DNA of 62,726 bases, filler included. It is 7 parts of 7 records of this genome, joined end to end, with 100 filler letters (N's around TTAATTAATTAA, not from the genome) between each part and the next. Parts side by side here need not be neighbours in the genome. Positions count along the whole stretch, not along the records: positions 11,015 to 20,349 come from SRR31156797_54352; positions 20,450 to 30,728 come from SRR31156797_54367; 5 more parts are not named here. One strand, 5' to 3'. Under the pieces are notes generated by a model. The model made no database searches, was not told the origin of the DNA, and saw only the letters and a list, made by a program, of their open reading frames with translations. This document shows, piece after piece, positions 19,137 through 29,104 of this stretch (position 1 is its first letter; every line of letters begins with the position of its first letter). The position numbers and the translations under genes are program-made.

Positions 19137-20349
19137 ATGACAGACAACAGGAAAAAAAGTTCCGGCAAATCCAGCCGCCGCACTTTTTTAAAGTCAGGAG
19201 CATGGCTCACGGGGGCTGCCTCCCTGGGGGTGCTTCAAGGCTGTCTTTCCGGACAGGACAAAACGCTTCCCGTAGACGAGGCGCGATCGCCTGTGGAAAG
19301 CTGGGACAAGGCGTTTGATGTCATTATTGTGGGAAGCGGGTTTTCCGGCATGGCTGCGGCCATTGAAGCCAGAAAAGCCGGTGCCTCGGTGCTTGTCATC
19401 GACAAGATGCCGGTATTTGGCGGCAACTCCACAATCAATGGCGGAGCCATGGCAGTGGCCGGTTCCCCCCTTCAGGAGGAAAAAGGCATTGAGGATTCGG
19501 TTGAGCTCATGGTCGAAGACATGCTCAAAGCCGGGCGCGGCCTCAACCACCTTGGGCTCCTGAAGGTGGTGGCCGAAGGGACCCGGAGCGCCTTTGATTT
19601 CACACTGGAGCACGGCGTAGAGTATAAGCCCTTTCTCCAGCATTTCGGGGGACATTCCGTTCCCAGGACCATTCAAACCAAAATCAGTTCAGGGGCAGGA
19701 ATCATCCGGCCGTTGCGGGCCAGCGCCGAAGCCATGGGTGTGGTCATGCGCAATCGCTGCAAACTGCTGGGATTCAGGGAAGAGGGGGGCCGCATCGCCG
19801 GTATCCGGGTGAGGGACGGCTATCGTTTTCCCGATGAATCCACGGGCATGATCCGGCATTTCCGGGCAAAGAAAGCGGTGATCATGTGTTCCGGCGGTTT
19901 CTCCCGGGACATGCGTTTCCGTATGCAGCAGAATCCCAACCTGGACACAAAGATTGACAGCACCAACCATCCCGGTGCCACCGCCGAGGGCCTCCAGGCC
20001 ATGTTCGGCATCGGTGCCACCCCGGTCCAGATCAATCTGATCCAGCTGGGCCCCTGGTCATCTCCGGATGAAGGCGGGTTCGGCATGGTCTCCCAGTTCA
20101 ACACCATTGCGGCTTTTCCCAAGGGCATCATGGTGGACGTCCGCACCGGGAAACGGTTTGTAAACGAACTGGCCGATAGAAAAGCAAGATCCGAGGCCAT
20201 TCTCGGACGGCTGGATGAAAACGGCAAACCCGTGTATCCCATCAGTTTCTGCGGGGAGGCGGCCGCCCAAAAGGCCCAGTCCCTTCCCCATGCCCTGAAG
20301 TACAAGGTGGCGTGGAAATTTGATACCCTGAAAGAGATGGCTGAATTTT
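19137..20349 (+). CDS. Tat-exported flavocytochrome c flavin subunit (FccA/UrdA/methacrylate-reductase superfamily), 3'-truncated
   Basis: SRRTFLK Tat motif, LQGC possible lipobox, DVIIVGSGFSG, GGNSTINGG, GGHSVPR, GKRFVNELADR. Confidence 0.9.
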
Positions 20350-20449
20350 NNNNNNNNNNNNNNNNNNNNNNNNNNNNNNNNNNNNNNNNNNNNTTAATTA
20401 ATTAANNNNNNNNNNNNNNNNNNNNNNNNNNNNNNNNNNNNNNNNNNNN
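20350..20449. other. Artificial contig linker
   Basis: N44-TTAATTAATTAA-N44. Confidence 0.99.
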
Positions 20450-20450
20450 G

Positions 20451-20531
20451 GAGACCAACGGCCATGAGCATGTGAAGAGCATTATCCGGGCCCTCGAGAA
20501 GGGTGGGTATACCATAGAAAGGGTGTATTAG
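20451..20531 (+). CDS. 3' end of a gene, probably the C-terminal ACT domain of threonine ammonia-lyase
   Basis: Translated by hand: ETNGHEHVKSIIRALEKGGYTIERVY*, matching the ETxGxxH...L...GY ending. Confidence 0.55.
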   Translation, partial: ETNGHEHVKSIIRALEKGGYTIERVY

Positions 20532-20591
20532 AACCAAAAAACAGCTGGTATATGCTTAATGACCGTATGATTATCGGACGGATGGAACGCC

Positions 20592-22457
20592 TTAGCCGAT
20601 GATCCCCGGGGAGAGATAAAGGAAGTCCGCCTTCTCCTCTCCCAGCTTCACTTCATAGAGGAAGGGCTCCCTCTGCTGTCCCAGGAAGAAGTTTTCCCGG
20701 GGCACCTCGCGCTCCATCACCAGGTCGTCCACAGGCAGAGCGGCCTTACGCCCCAAATGCTGCATGATGAGGATATAGGGTGTTTCCACGATGCCCTGGC
20801 GGCTTCCGACCATCCCGCCCGTATTGAAGAGGGGCAGCTCGTCGCCTGAGATCCGATAGTATATCAGATTGTGCTCCTTCCGGATCAGGTTTTCCGCCTC
20901 CATAGGGAAGACCCCTCCCACATTGCGTTTGGGAAGAGCCAGGAGCTTTTCGTTCATCTGGAAGATCATCAGAGGCAGCAGATCCTTCTGCCCCGGCAGA
21001 TAGATGGAGAAGCGGCTGCCCCTCCCCTGCCTGGATCTGAGGGACAGCGATCCGCCCAGAGCGTTCTCCACATCGTGATTCACCAGATCCAGACCGATGC
21101 CCCGTCCGGCCATACGGTCCACCTTCCGGGAGGTCGTGAATCCGGGCCTCGTCAGGATACGGAGCAGGTTCTGCTCCTTCAGATCATCCCTTTCCACCTC
21201 CACCTTACGGGCCACTGCGTCCAGATCGATCCCCGCGCCGTCATCGCTCACGTCTATCCTGAAGCTGTCGCCTACGGCCCGGGCGTCGATCATAACGACG
21301 CCCGTCTCATCCTTACCGGCGAACTGCCTCTCTTCGGGGGTCTCTATGCCGTGGCTGACGGCGTTTCTCACAAGCTGGATCAGGATCCGCGAGACGATCT
21401 CGAGCGTCCTGATCTTCAGACCGAAAAGGCCTCCCCTGAACTCTGTGATGATCTTCTTGCCCACCCGCTCGGCCGATTCCTCGATAAAGCGCTTGAGATT
21501 GGGGTAGAGGGAGGAGAGGGGAATAAGGGAAACAGTACTCAGATTCTCCTCCATCTCCTTGATCAGACCCAGCAGGGGCTCCCTCTGGGAGAGTCCCGGA
21601 GGAAGGGGAAGGACGATCTCTTTCATCTCCAGCAGCGAGTCTTTCAGGCGGGAGATCGTGTCTGTCTCCAGCTCTACCTTTCGAATGACCGGAGCCAGGC
21701 TCTCCTTTACCATATTCTCGGACACCCGGACCTCGCCCCTGTCCTCATCGGAGAAAACCGAGTAGTCCAGGTTTACCAGCGAGGTCTGGAGAATGCCGTC
21801 CACATTGACGGCCTGAAAGACGGGCTCCTCCCCTCCGTCGGAGGTTATGATAAAACTGATGGAAGAGAAATCCTGGTCCTTGTTTTCCAGACTGGGCACC
21901 GAACGGATCACATTGACCGCCAGTTCCAGATTGTTCAAAAGCAGATAGGCGCGGACGTAGGGCAGGCGCTCTTCGGGATCCAGCTGCACCGAGAGCTGGA
22001 ACAGCTGTTCCTTTCTCTCCTCGGCCTCCCGGAGGAGCTGTTTCTCAAAAGGGGTCAGCTCGATCCTCGCCGGTCCGTCTTCCAGGGATTTCCGCGGGAA
22101 AAGACTCTCCTCCTCCCCTTCGGGCCTGTCCGGGCTCAACACCTTGTTGAGGAGCATGTCCTCCAGCAGGGGCAAGCCCTGGTAAAGGCGGTCGCTCATC
22201 AGGGAAAACTGTCCCGATCCCTTGGACGCCTTCATGTCGGAGAAGAGGGATTCCATCGAATGGATATGCTGCTCCACCTCGCCCAGCTGGAAGAAGGCGG
22301 CTCCCGATTTCAGGGAGTGGAGGTGCCTGAATATATCATCCATGACCTCCTCGCCGGGCACTGAGCTGCGGCAGGCGTCGACCTGCTGCTTCAGCTGTTC
22401 GATGATAGAGCCGGCTTCGGTAATGTACTCCCTCAGATGCTTCTGAATATCCGTCAA
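20592..22457 (-). CDS. CheA-like kinase (HPT, P2-like, HATPase, CheW-like)
   Basis: FRHLHSLKSGA (HPT His), QLVRNAVSHG, DDGAGID, GRGIGLDLV. TTG start overlapping the upstream stop. Confidence 0.85.
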   Translation of the reverse strand: MTDIQKHLREYITEAGSIIEQLKQQVDACRSSVPGEEVMDDIFRHLHSLKSGAAFFQLGEVEQHIHSMESLFSDMKASKGSGQFSLMSDRLYQGLPLLEDMLLNKVLSPDRPEGEEESLFPRKSLEDGPARIELTPFEKQLLREAEERKEQLFQLSVQLDPEERLPYVRAYLLLNNLELAVNVIRSVPSLENKDQDFSSISFIITSDGGEEPVFQAVNVDGILQTSLVNLDYSVFSDEDRGEVRVSENMVKESLAPVIRKVELETDTISRLKDSLLEMKEIVLPLPPGLSQREPLLGLIKEMEENLSTVSLIPLSSLYPNLKRFIEESAERVGKKIITEFRGGLFGLKIRTLEIVSRILIQLVRNAVSHGIETPEERQFAGKDETGVVMIDARAVGDSFRIDVSDDGAGIDLDAVARKVEVERDDLKEQNLLRILTRPGFTTSRKVDRMAGRGIGLDLVNHDVENALGGSLSLRSRQGRGSRFSIYLPGQKDLLPLMIFQMNEKLLALPKRNVGGVFPMEAENLIRKEHNLIYYRISGDELPLFNTGGMVGSRQGIVETPYILIMQHLGRKAALPVDDLVMEREVPRENFFLGQQREPFLYEVKLGEEKADFLYLSPGIIG

Positions 22458-23014
22458 CTACGGCCTCCGGTATTCAGATTGATGATAAGGTCCACCTCCG
22501 ATATGGAGGCTCCCAGTTTCTGGGAGATGATTTCCGCGGAAAACCCCTGACCGTAGAGTTCCATCACCTGGTCCTTCAGGACGGGAGCCTGTTTCTCCTG
22601 AACCTCTTTCCGTTCACGGAGGGCGGCGTCGAACAACGGCCCCTCCGAACTCCGGGGAGTCAGATCGACGGTCGTCTCTTCCGGATGGTCTTCCTCCGCG
22701 ACCTGCACGGGGCTCTTTTTTTTCAGATGGGTGTAGAGCTGACGGGAGATATCGTTTTTATCCGACTCGCTTTTCAGGACCTTCAGCTTCTTGTCGGCCT
22801 CCTGAAGAAGATCCTGCAGAGCCTTGACCCTGTGTTCCAGAAGGGCCACGTTCCTTTCGGCGGTTTGATTCATTTCGAGAACGAGCTGATCGATTTCATC
22901 CCTGATTTTACGGATCCATTCCTCGCCGGAAACAACCCTGTCCACTCGGATCTTGAGATAGAAGAACCCTCCGGTCATAACCAGGAGCAGTATCCCTGCA
23001 AAGACGGCTGTCAT
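22454..23014 (-). CDS. Membrane-anchored coiled-coil protein with C-terminal HTH (DUF2802/DUF6115-like), flagellar operon
   Basis: N-terminal TM, coiled coil, ending LY.QGFSAEIISQKLGASISEVDLIINL. Confidence 0.75.
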   Translation of the reverse strand: MTAVFAGILLLVMTGGFFYLKIRVDRVVSGEEWIRKIRDEIDQLVLEMNQTAERNVALLEHRVKALQDLLQEADKKLKVLKSESDKNDISRQLYTHLKKKSPVQVAEEDHPEETTVDLTPRSSEGPLFDAALRERKEVQEKQAPVLKDQVMELYGQGFSAEIISQKLGASISEVDLIINLNTGGRS

Positions 23015-23067
23015 AGTACTCCTTAATAAGCTTGCCGTGCATTACCTGCGCAATGCCCGACAGACTC

Positions 23068-23385
23068 CTAGCCTGATATATCAATATGTTTGCCCATCTC
23101 GGGATCCGTGAGGATCTCCTTTTTGGGATCGTCTTTCTTCTTTTCCCGGGGAGAAGCCTGCTTCTCCTCCTCTTCCTGCTTTCCGCCTTCTTCGTCGACC
23201 TTACCGGCTTCCTTGTCTTCAGAGCTTTTATTCACCGAACTGTTCTGCTGCAGCTCCCGCTCCACCAGCTTGCGCGCCTCTTCGTCCTGCTGCAAGGCGG
23301 CGGCCTGCTGAGAGTGGGACTGTTCCTTGCTCATCTCGTTGAGCCTGACGAACATAGTCTGCAAATCGAGAGGTTTTATGGACAT
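23068..23385 (-). CDS. Small conserved flagellar-operon protein
   Basis: MSIKPLDLQ ... MGKHIDISG. Start overlaps the fapA stop. Confidence 0.75.
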   Translation of the reverse strand: MSIKPLDLQTMFVRLNEMSKEQSHSQQAAALQQDEEARKLVERELQQNSSVNKSSEDKEAGKVDEEGGKQEEEEKQASPREKKKDDPKKEILTDPEMGKHIDISG

Positions 23386-25343
23386 TAATCCCTCCTCTGA
23401 AGATCCTCCTCGGCGACATCTTCATACTTGGCCGTTGTTATAAACCCGTCTTCCAACAGAAAGGTTACAGGGTAATCAAAGGGGTTGGTAACCTCATACT
23501 CCTCATCCTTGATATAGACCTTCACACCCGAGTTCACGTTCTTGGATGCAGAGATCTTGCCCTGAAGCTGGAGGACCGAAAGATACTCCTGCTTGGTCTC
23601 GACCGAATCCTTCAGCTGTTCCATCTCATCGATAAGGTCGTTGTGGCGCTGGCGCAGTTCCAGAAAGAGGGTTTCCTTTTCGGCGGAAAGCTTTTTCCTG
23701 GCCCGTTTCTGCTTCATAAGGCCCTGCAGGTTCCTGTCTGTCTCGTTCTGTTCGCGGTCCAGATTCTCAAGCCGTCCGAGGAGCTCTTCCAGCTCCAGCT
23801 TGGCTTTGGGATCATAGCCTACGCGCAGTATGGTTTCCGCGCCGCCCGAAGATCCCAGGGTAGCGGCGTTGATCTCTTCCGACGCGCTCAGTTCGCCGCC
23901 CACGATCCTGGCCCTCTTTCCCTTACAGAGGATCCTGCCGGTGGCCTCCACATGGGCGTTGACGACGCCGTCTGAGACGATGACGTTCTCACCGGCCTCG
24001 ACCCTGGCGTTGTTAATGAAGCTCGACCACACCGACTTGCCGGCGATGATCTTACCGTACTCCCCTTCTCCGCCGTTGATCCCACGCTTCACTACGATAT
24101 CACCGCCGGCATGGACATTGGATTTTCCTACGAACCCGTTAACCTCCACGTTCCCCTGGGCGGAAACCGTATAGCCGTCTTCCACATTGCCCTTGATGAT
24201 AACCGTACCCAGTCCGTTGACATTGCCAGTCGAGGCATTAACGTCCCCCGGTATGACGAGAACCGTCTCGACCGTTACCTTCCCCTTCAGCAGCAGGACC
24301 TGCCCGCTGGCGGTGGCGATTACGGTCTTCCCGTTATCCGTAATGGAAACGTTCTTTCCCAGACCGATCTGTACGTCGCTGCCGTCCTTGGCGGGGATGT
24401 ATTTGCCATAGACCGTCCGGCCGTCCTTGCCGGCTTCGGGAGGGATCTTTCTGGCCAGGGGCTGCCCCTTGACCACATTCTGAATCAGGTTCAGTTCCTT
24501 GAAGTCCACTGTGCCGTCGCTCTTCTGCTTCAGCTTGACCTGGGAGGGATCCTCTTCGAAAAGGTAGCTGACCGAGGCGTTTCTGCCGTTGACCGGCGTT
24601 TCGCCCTGGGCGATCAGATAGGGGGATCCGTAAGCGGGATGGTCCTCGAATCTGGTGAGGGCGTCTTCCATCACGCCGAAGACCACATTGTTGTTGCGCA
24701 GGAAGGAGGTTATATCCGATGCTGTGAGATCGGCGCCTCCGGGTCCGGGCTCCTGAACATCGATAAAGGCCTGCATGTCGTCATCAGAAACCTCAACCGT
24801 AGGCCGGGCGTCATTGACCGGATTGTAGATGAAGTCTCCCACCTTGACATAGACCCCGTCTCCGCCCTGGATGGTCACGTCCACGCGCTCGTCATTGATA
24901 TCGTTTACACCGCGGAACTGAAGCTCTCTTATGACATCGTCCCGAACGACGGCGCTTCCCCCCTCGTCGGGAGCCACGACCTTCAGATAGGCCCCGTCAC
25001 TGGCCAGGCGAACGGAAAAGTCACCGTCCCTGATGACCTCTTCCTCTTCAACCGACTCTTCCTCAAACTCCTCGAGGACGACTTCGCCGCCTGCGGTCCT
25101 GGCGATTCTGCGCTCGGCCTCATAGGCGGCGAGGGTAAAGGCTTTCCTGCCGATTCCGAGAAATCCCCGCTTACCTTTTTCACGAAGCTCGTATTCCAGA
25201 CGTCTGACCGGCACGCCGAGCTCGATGGCGGCCTGTCCCAGGGCGTCTTCTATGGTCGCGCCGGATACCTCCACGGAACGGCGCTCCTTATCCTGTTCGG
25301 AAAGAGCGCGCATTACATCCTGGAACTGATCCTGGCCGATCAT
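23385..25343 (-). CDS. fapA: FapA (DUF342) flagellar assembly protein with N-terminal Jag_N domain
   Basis: VEVSGATIEDAL..AAIELG..EKGKRGFLGIG (Jag_N), VDFKELNLIQNVVKGQPLA, beta-helix repeats. Confidence 0.88.
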   Translation of the reverse strand: MIGQDQFQDVMRALSEQDKERRSVEVSGATIEDALGQAAIELGVPVRRLEYELREKGKRGFLGIGRKAFTLAAYEAERRIARTAGGEVVLEEFEEESVEEEEVIRDGDFSVRLASDGAYLKVVAPDEGGSAVVRDDVIRELQFRGVNDINDERVDVTIQGGDGVYVKVGDFIYNPVNDARPTVEVSDDDMQAFIDVQEPGPGGADLTASDITSFLRNNNVVFGVMEDALTRFEDHPAYGSPYLIAQGETPVNGRNASVSYLFEEDPSQVKLKQKSDGTVDFKELNLIQNVVKGQPLARKIPPEAGKDGRTVYGKYIPAKDGSDVQIGLGKNVSITDNGKTVIATASGQVLLLKGKVTVETVLVIPGDVNASTGNVNGLGTVIIKGNVEDGYTVSAQGNVEVNGFVGKSNVHAGGDIVVKRGINGGEGEYGKIIAGKSVWSSFINNARVEAGENVIVSDGVVNAHVEATGRILCKGKRARIVGGELSASEEINAATLGSSGGAETILRVGYDPKAKLELEELLGRLENLDREQNETDRNLQGLMKQKRARKKLSAEKETLFLELRQRHNDLIDEMEQLKDSVETKQEYLSVLQLQGKISASKNVNSGVKVYIKDEEYEVTNPFDYPVTFLLEDGFITTAKYEDVAEEDLQRRD

Positions 25344-25346
25344 AGT

Positions 25347-26135
25347 CTACATTATTCCTTTCTTGACGTTCGTCAGCTTCGACCGAAGCCTCATGATGGC
25401 CTTGGTATGAAGCTGGGAGATCCTGGATTCGGTAACCTCCAGGACCTTTCCGATCTCCTTAAGGGTCAGATCCTCATAGTAGTAAAGGACGAGGACCTTT
25501 TTCTCTTTATCGGGAAGTTCGTTGATAGCCTGTACGATAACCCGTCTGATTTCGTCTTTTTCGGCGATGGATTCGGGCTGGAGGCTGGAGGGAGACTCAA
25601 TGCTGTCCTGAATGGAGACCTTATCGCTGTCGTCCCCGGTAAACCAGACGTCGTTGAGGGAAAGGATACTGGTTCCCCTTACCTTGAGGATCATCTGGTT
25701 GTACTGCTCCAGGCTCATATTCATGGCCTTGGCGATCTCCCCGTCGCTGGCGGAACGTCCGAGATCGGCCTCCAGGGTCTGAACGGTCTCCTCGATTTCC
25801 CTGGTCTTCTGACGAACAGAGCGGGGAACCCAGTCGATAGACCTGAGCTCGTCGAAGATGGCGCCGCGGATACGGGTGACCGCATAGGTTTTGAATTTGA
25901 CGTGCTTGTCGGGATCGTATTTCTCAACCGCATCGAACAGCCCGAATACGCCGAATCCCACAAGATCGTCAAAATCCACATTCTGAGGCATGCCGACGGA
26001 GATCTTTCCGGCGACGTATTTCACAAGCGGAGCATACTGCTTGATAAGGATATCCCTCACCTCCTGCTTGTGGTTCTTGCGGTACTCCTTCCAGAGTTCC
26101 TCTTCCGTTCCATATTCCAATACCTGTTCAGACAT
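25347..26135 (-). CDS. fliA: RNA polymerase sigma-28 (FliA/WhiG)
   Basis: KFKTYAVTRIRGAIFDELRSIDWVPRSVR; LYYYEDLTLKEIGKVLEVTESRISQLH. Confidence 0.96.
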   Translation of the reverse strand: MSEQVLEYGTEEELWKEYRKNHKQEVRDILIKQYAPLVKYVAGKISVGMPQNVDFDDLVGFGVFGLFDAVEKYDPDKHVKFKTYAVTRIRGAIFDELRSIDWVPRSVRQKTREIEETVQTLEADLGRSASDGEIAKAMNMSLEQYNQMILKVRGTSILSLNDVWFTGDDSDKVSIQDSIESPSSLQPESIAEKDEIRRVIVQAINELPDKEKKVLVLYYYEDLTLKEIGKVLEVTESRISQLHTKAIMRLRSKLTNVKKGIM

Positions 26136-26148
26136 TCCCCAATACTTC

Positions 26149-26814
26149 CTATTTCTGCTGATCTCTGGCTACAACTGTCTTAATGGCTTTCGCGATATCC
26201 TCGGGATCACCATAATCTCCCGAAGCCGGCTGCGCGGCCGGGGCCGAGGGCGACGGCGTGACACTGTCGACCGTTTCATCCGCTCCCCCGCCCGCATCAA
26301 CGTCGGCGGCCACTCCTCCCACACTGATCTCAAGCGAATCCAGGTCGGGCAGAACATCCAGATGCGCAGGGCCTTCGCCCCTGTCCGGATCAGATTCTTC
26401 CAGTTTATTATTATGCACAGTTTCACTGTTTTCTGCAATTTTATTATCCACGCCCCGCGCCCCTTGGACCGCGGGGCCTCTTTCATCCACATTTCCGGCT
26501 TCCCCGCCCCCCGCGGGATGGACGGAAGCGGTCGAAGGCATCTCGTCGGGCATGACGATATTGACCCGGCTTCCGCCCGGGGCTTCCTCTTCAGAGGCCT
26601 CATCCTTTTCGGAGATCCTCGTCAGCTCAGGCAGAAAGGTCTGGATCAACCAGGCCGCCAGAAAGACGAATCCCGCCGCCAGAACGGCCGAGAGGATCCC
26701 TCTGACCAGCATCTGCGCCGTACCTACCCCGCTGATGAAACCGGTGGCCAATGAGAGTAGGGCCGCAGCGCCGGCCGCGGAGAGAGGGACGATGACCGAG
26801 TTATTCATTTTCAA
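26149..26814 (-). CDS. Hypothetical two-TM protein with acidic tail, between flhG and fliA
   Basis: Two N-terminal TMs, low-complexity acidic region, ending DPEDIAKAIKTV. GGAGG RBS. Confidence 0.75.
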   Translation of the reverse strand: MKMNNSVIVPLSAAGAAALLSLATGFISGVGTAQMLVRGILSAVLAAGFVFLAAWLIQTFLPELTRISEKDEASEEEAPGGSRVNIVMPDEMPSTASVHPAGGGEAGNVDERGPAVQGARGVDNKIAENSETVHNNKLEESDPDRGEGPAHLDVLPDLDSLEISVGGVAADVDAGGGADETVDSVTPSPSAPAAQPASGDYGDPEDIAKAIKTVVARDQQK

Positions 26815-27019
26815 AACGATTCCCCTCCCTTATGTAAAATTCTAAACCAATACCCGATGACGGTCAAATGAATGGCACCATACCAGGGCCAAGCCCTGGT
26901 CCCCAGTCTCAAATGCGACTCTTTCAGAGGCAAAGCCCCGGCGGATGGGTGCCATTCGATCGCCGCATTCATTCGGCATTGACCCGCAAGCGAGCCACTG
27001 CTCCCATTTCACTTGCGAA

Positions 27020-27904
27020 TCACTCCATCCGCCGCATCAGTCTCCTGATAAACTGCCCGACTCCGCGTCCCTCGCGGTACTCCACATTCTCCAGCCTGTT
27101 CACGATGTGCTGGATACAGGTCGACGCCTGTCCCCTGGGATCGCTGATCATAAAGGGGAGCTGCTTGCGCACCGACGCGGGAACGGTGGGATCGTCGAAG
27201 ACGAAACCAAGGTAGTCAATCTTAAGATTCAGAAACTGGGCCGCGATATTGATCACCTTCTGGGAGACCTTCTTCGCCTCCGAGATATTGGAGGCCCTGT
27301 TGACGATCAGCTTCATCCCCATATCCAGGTTATCGATCTCGGTGGAGATGATCTTGATGATACCGTAGGCGTCGGTAATGGCCGTGGGTTCGGGAGTCGT
27401 CACGATCAGAACGTCGTCGGCGGCCTCTACAAAGGCCAGAACGTTCTGGGAAACCCCCGCGCTCGTATCAATGATGATGATGTCCGCCGTAGAAAGCTCT
27501 GAAAGCTCCTTGATAAAGTTATTCCTCTCGTCGTCGGTCAGGTTGGCGACCCGGGAGAAACCGCTCGCTCCGGCTACGATCTGTATCCCGTAGTCCGTGT
27601 CCAGGATAACCTCTCTCATCGTCTTCTGCTTGCGGATGACATGATAGAGATTGAATTTGGGAATGACTCCCAGCACGACGTTCACATTGGCCAATCCCAG
27701 ATCCGCATCCAGGACGATGACTTTCTTTCCCATCCGGGCATAGGCAAGGGCCAGGTTGATGGAGACATTGGTCTTGCCCACCCCGCCTTTTCCGCTGGCG
27801 ACGGTGATGATCCGGGTGCTGACGGCTTTCTTATCTTCGCCGCCCTCGGTACCGTCGTTCTTTTTCTTCATCATCTCCCGGAGGAGTTCAGCCTGATCCT
27901 GCAT
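27020..27904 (-). CDS. flhG: MinD-like flagellar number regulator FlhG/FleN
   Basis: N-terminal DQA motif, SGKGGVGKTN, DADLGLAN, TPEPTAITDAY. Confidence 0.94.
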   Translation of the reverse strand: MQDQAELLREMMKKKNDGTEGGEDKKAVSTRIITVASGKGGVGKTNVSINLALAYARMGKKVIVLDADLGLANVNVVLGVIPKFNLYHVIRKQKTMREVILDTDYGIQIVAGASGFSRVANLTDDERNNFIKELSELSTADIIIIDTSAGVSQNVLAFVEAADDVLIVTTPEPTAITDAYGIIKIISTEIDNLDMGMKLIVNRASNISEAKKVSQKVINIAAQFLNLKIDYLGFVFDDPTVPASVRKQLPFMISDPRGQASTCIQHIVNRLENVEYREGRGVGQFIRRLMRRME

Positions 27905-29082
27905 CAGCTCATCCTTCTGTATTTTTTCTCAAGTTTCGCGACTATCTGCTCCACATCACAGTCAAAGCCTTTGAGAGCCTGAAGAAGCTTGGCCCGGGTG
28001 TTACGGGAGATGTCCTGGGGAACGCCCTGCCCGTCGGTGATATAGGACAGGGGCTTGTTCCTGGCGGACAGGATACTGATTAGATTTCCCACCCTGGTCG
28101 TTTCGTCCAGCTTGGTCAGGATAACCGATTTATAATGAAAGGCCTCGAACTGATCGAGGATCTCCGTAATGTCCTTGTCCTTGGTGGTGGAGGATATGGC
28201 CAGATGGATCTCGGCGGACTCGCCGCAGGCCTCCACGATGGAGCGCATCTCCGCCAGCTTCATAAAATCACGGGGACTCTTCCCGATGGTATCCACGAAG
28301 ATCAGGTCCGCGTCCCTGTTCATATCGATCTTGTCCTTAAGATCGTCGAAGGATTCGGCCGTAAAAACGGGGATGCCCATGATATCGCCATAGGTCTCTA
28401 TCTGGGTCCTGGCGCCGATCCTGTAGTTATCGATGGTGATCATGCAGACGGACAGGGCGTTCTCTCCGGAGGTGATGCCGTTGATGGCGGCCAGCTTGGC
28501 GATGGTGGTCGTCTTGCCGACCCCCGTGGGCCCCACGAGGACGAAGACCCGGGGAGAGCGGGCGGGCTGATCGACCCATTCGTGCAGGGATTCGCCGATC
28601 CACTCCACCACGGCGTCCTCGAGAAGGCCGTACTGGTTCAGATCCTCCAGGGAGAACTCCCGCTTCAGTCTGTCCAGCATCCCCTGGATAAAGGGATCGG
28701 AGAAATCATTCTCCTCAAGAAGCGATTTCATCTGCTCCAGCGAGGGATGGAGGGGCGCCGCCTCCCGGGGACCCACAGCCACATGCTCTTTCAGCTCCTT
28801 GACCTCTTTGAGTACCTCGTCGAGGGTGGAGCCGCCGCTGCTGTTCCGGGCGAGGCTGAGAATTTCCTGTTTGCTTTTCTCATCGCTCTCTTTCCGACGG
28901 GCGACGGGGTTATCCGAGATATACCCCGTATACTCAACGCCGTCCTTCCTGAACAGGCCCATGAAACCGCCCAGCCGGACGTTCTTATAAAAGAGGATCT
29001 TCGCTTTGTCGCCGTATTTTACACGGATCGAACTGAGAACCTCTGCATGGCTGTATCCCGACTCCGTAAAATGCTGCTCCAT
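27904..29082 (-). CDS. flhF: SRP-family GTPase FlhF
   Basis: GPTGVGKTTTIAKLAA, DNYRIGA, DTIG, TKLDET, GQGVP. Confidence 0.94.
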   Translation of the reverse strand: MEQHFTESGYSHAEVLSSIRVKYGDKAKILFYKNVRLGGFMGLFRKDGVEYTGYISDNPVARRKESDEKSKQEILSLARNSSGGSTLDEVLKEVKELKEHVAVGPREAAPLHPSLEQMKSLLEENDFSDPFIQGMLDRLKREFSLEDLNQYGLLEDAVVEWIGESLHEWVDQPARSPRVFVLVGPTGVGKTTTIAKLAAINGITSGENALSVCMITIDNYRIGARTQIETYGDIMGIPVFTAESFDDLKDKIDMNRDADLIFVDTIGKSPRDFMKLAEMRSIVEACGESAEIHLAISSTTKDKDITEILDQFEAFHYKSVILTKLDETTRVGNLISILSARNKPLSYITDGQGVPQDISRNTRAKLLQALKGFDCDVEQIVAKLEKKYRRMS

Positions 29083-29104
29083 GTCTTTCCTTTTCTACCG
29101 TCCT

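Noticed and set aside
24111-26183. 690-aa plus-strand ORF and similar long ORFs (20871-22364, 6677-7903, 28135-29151)
   Set aside because: They are antisense shadows of well-supported GC-rich genes and carry no recognisable motifs.
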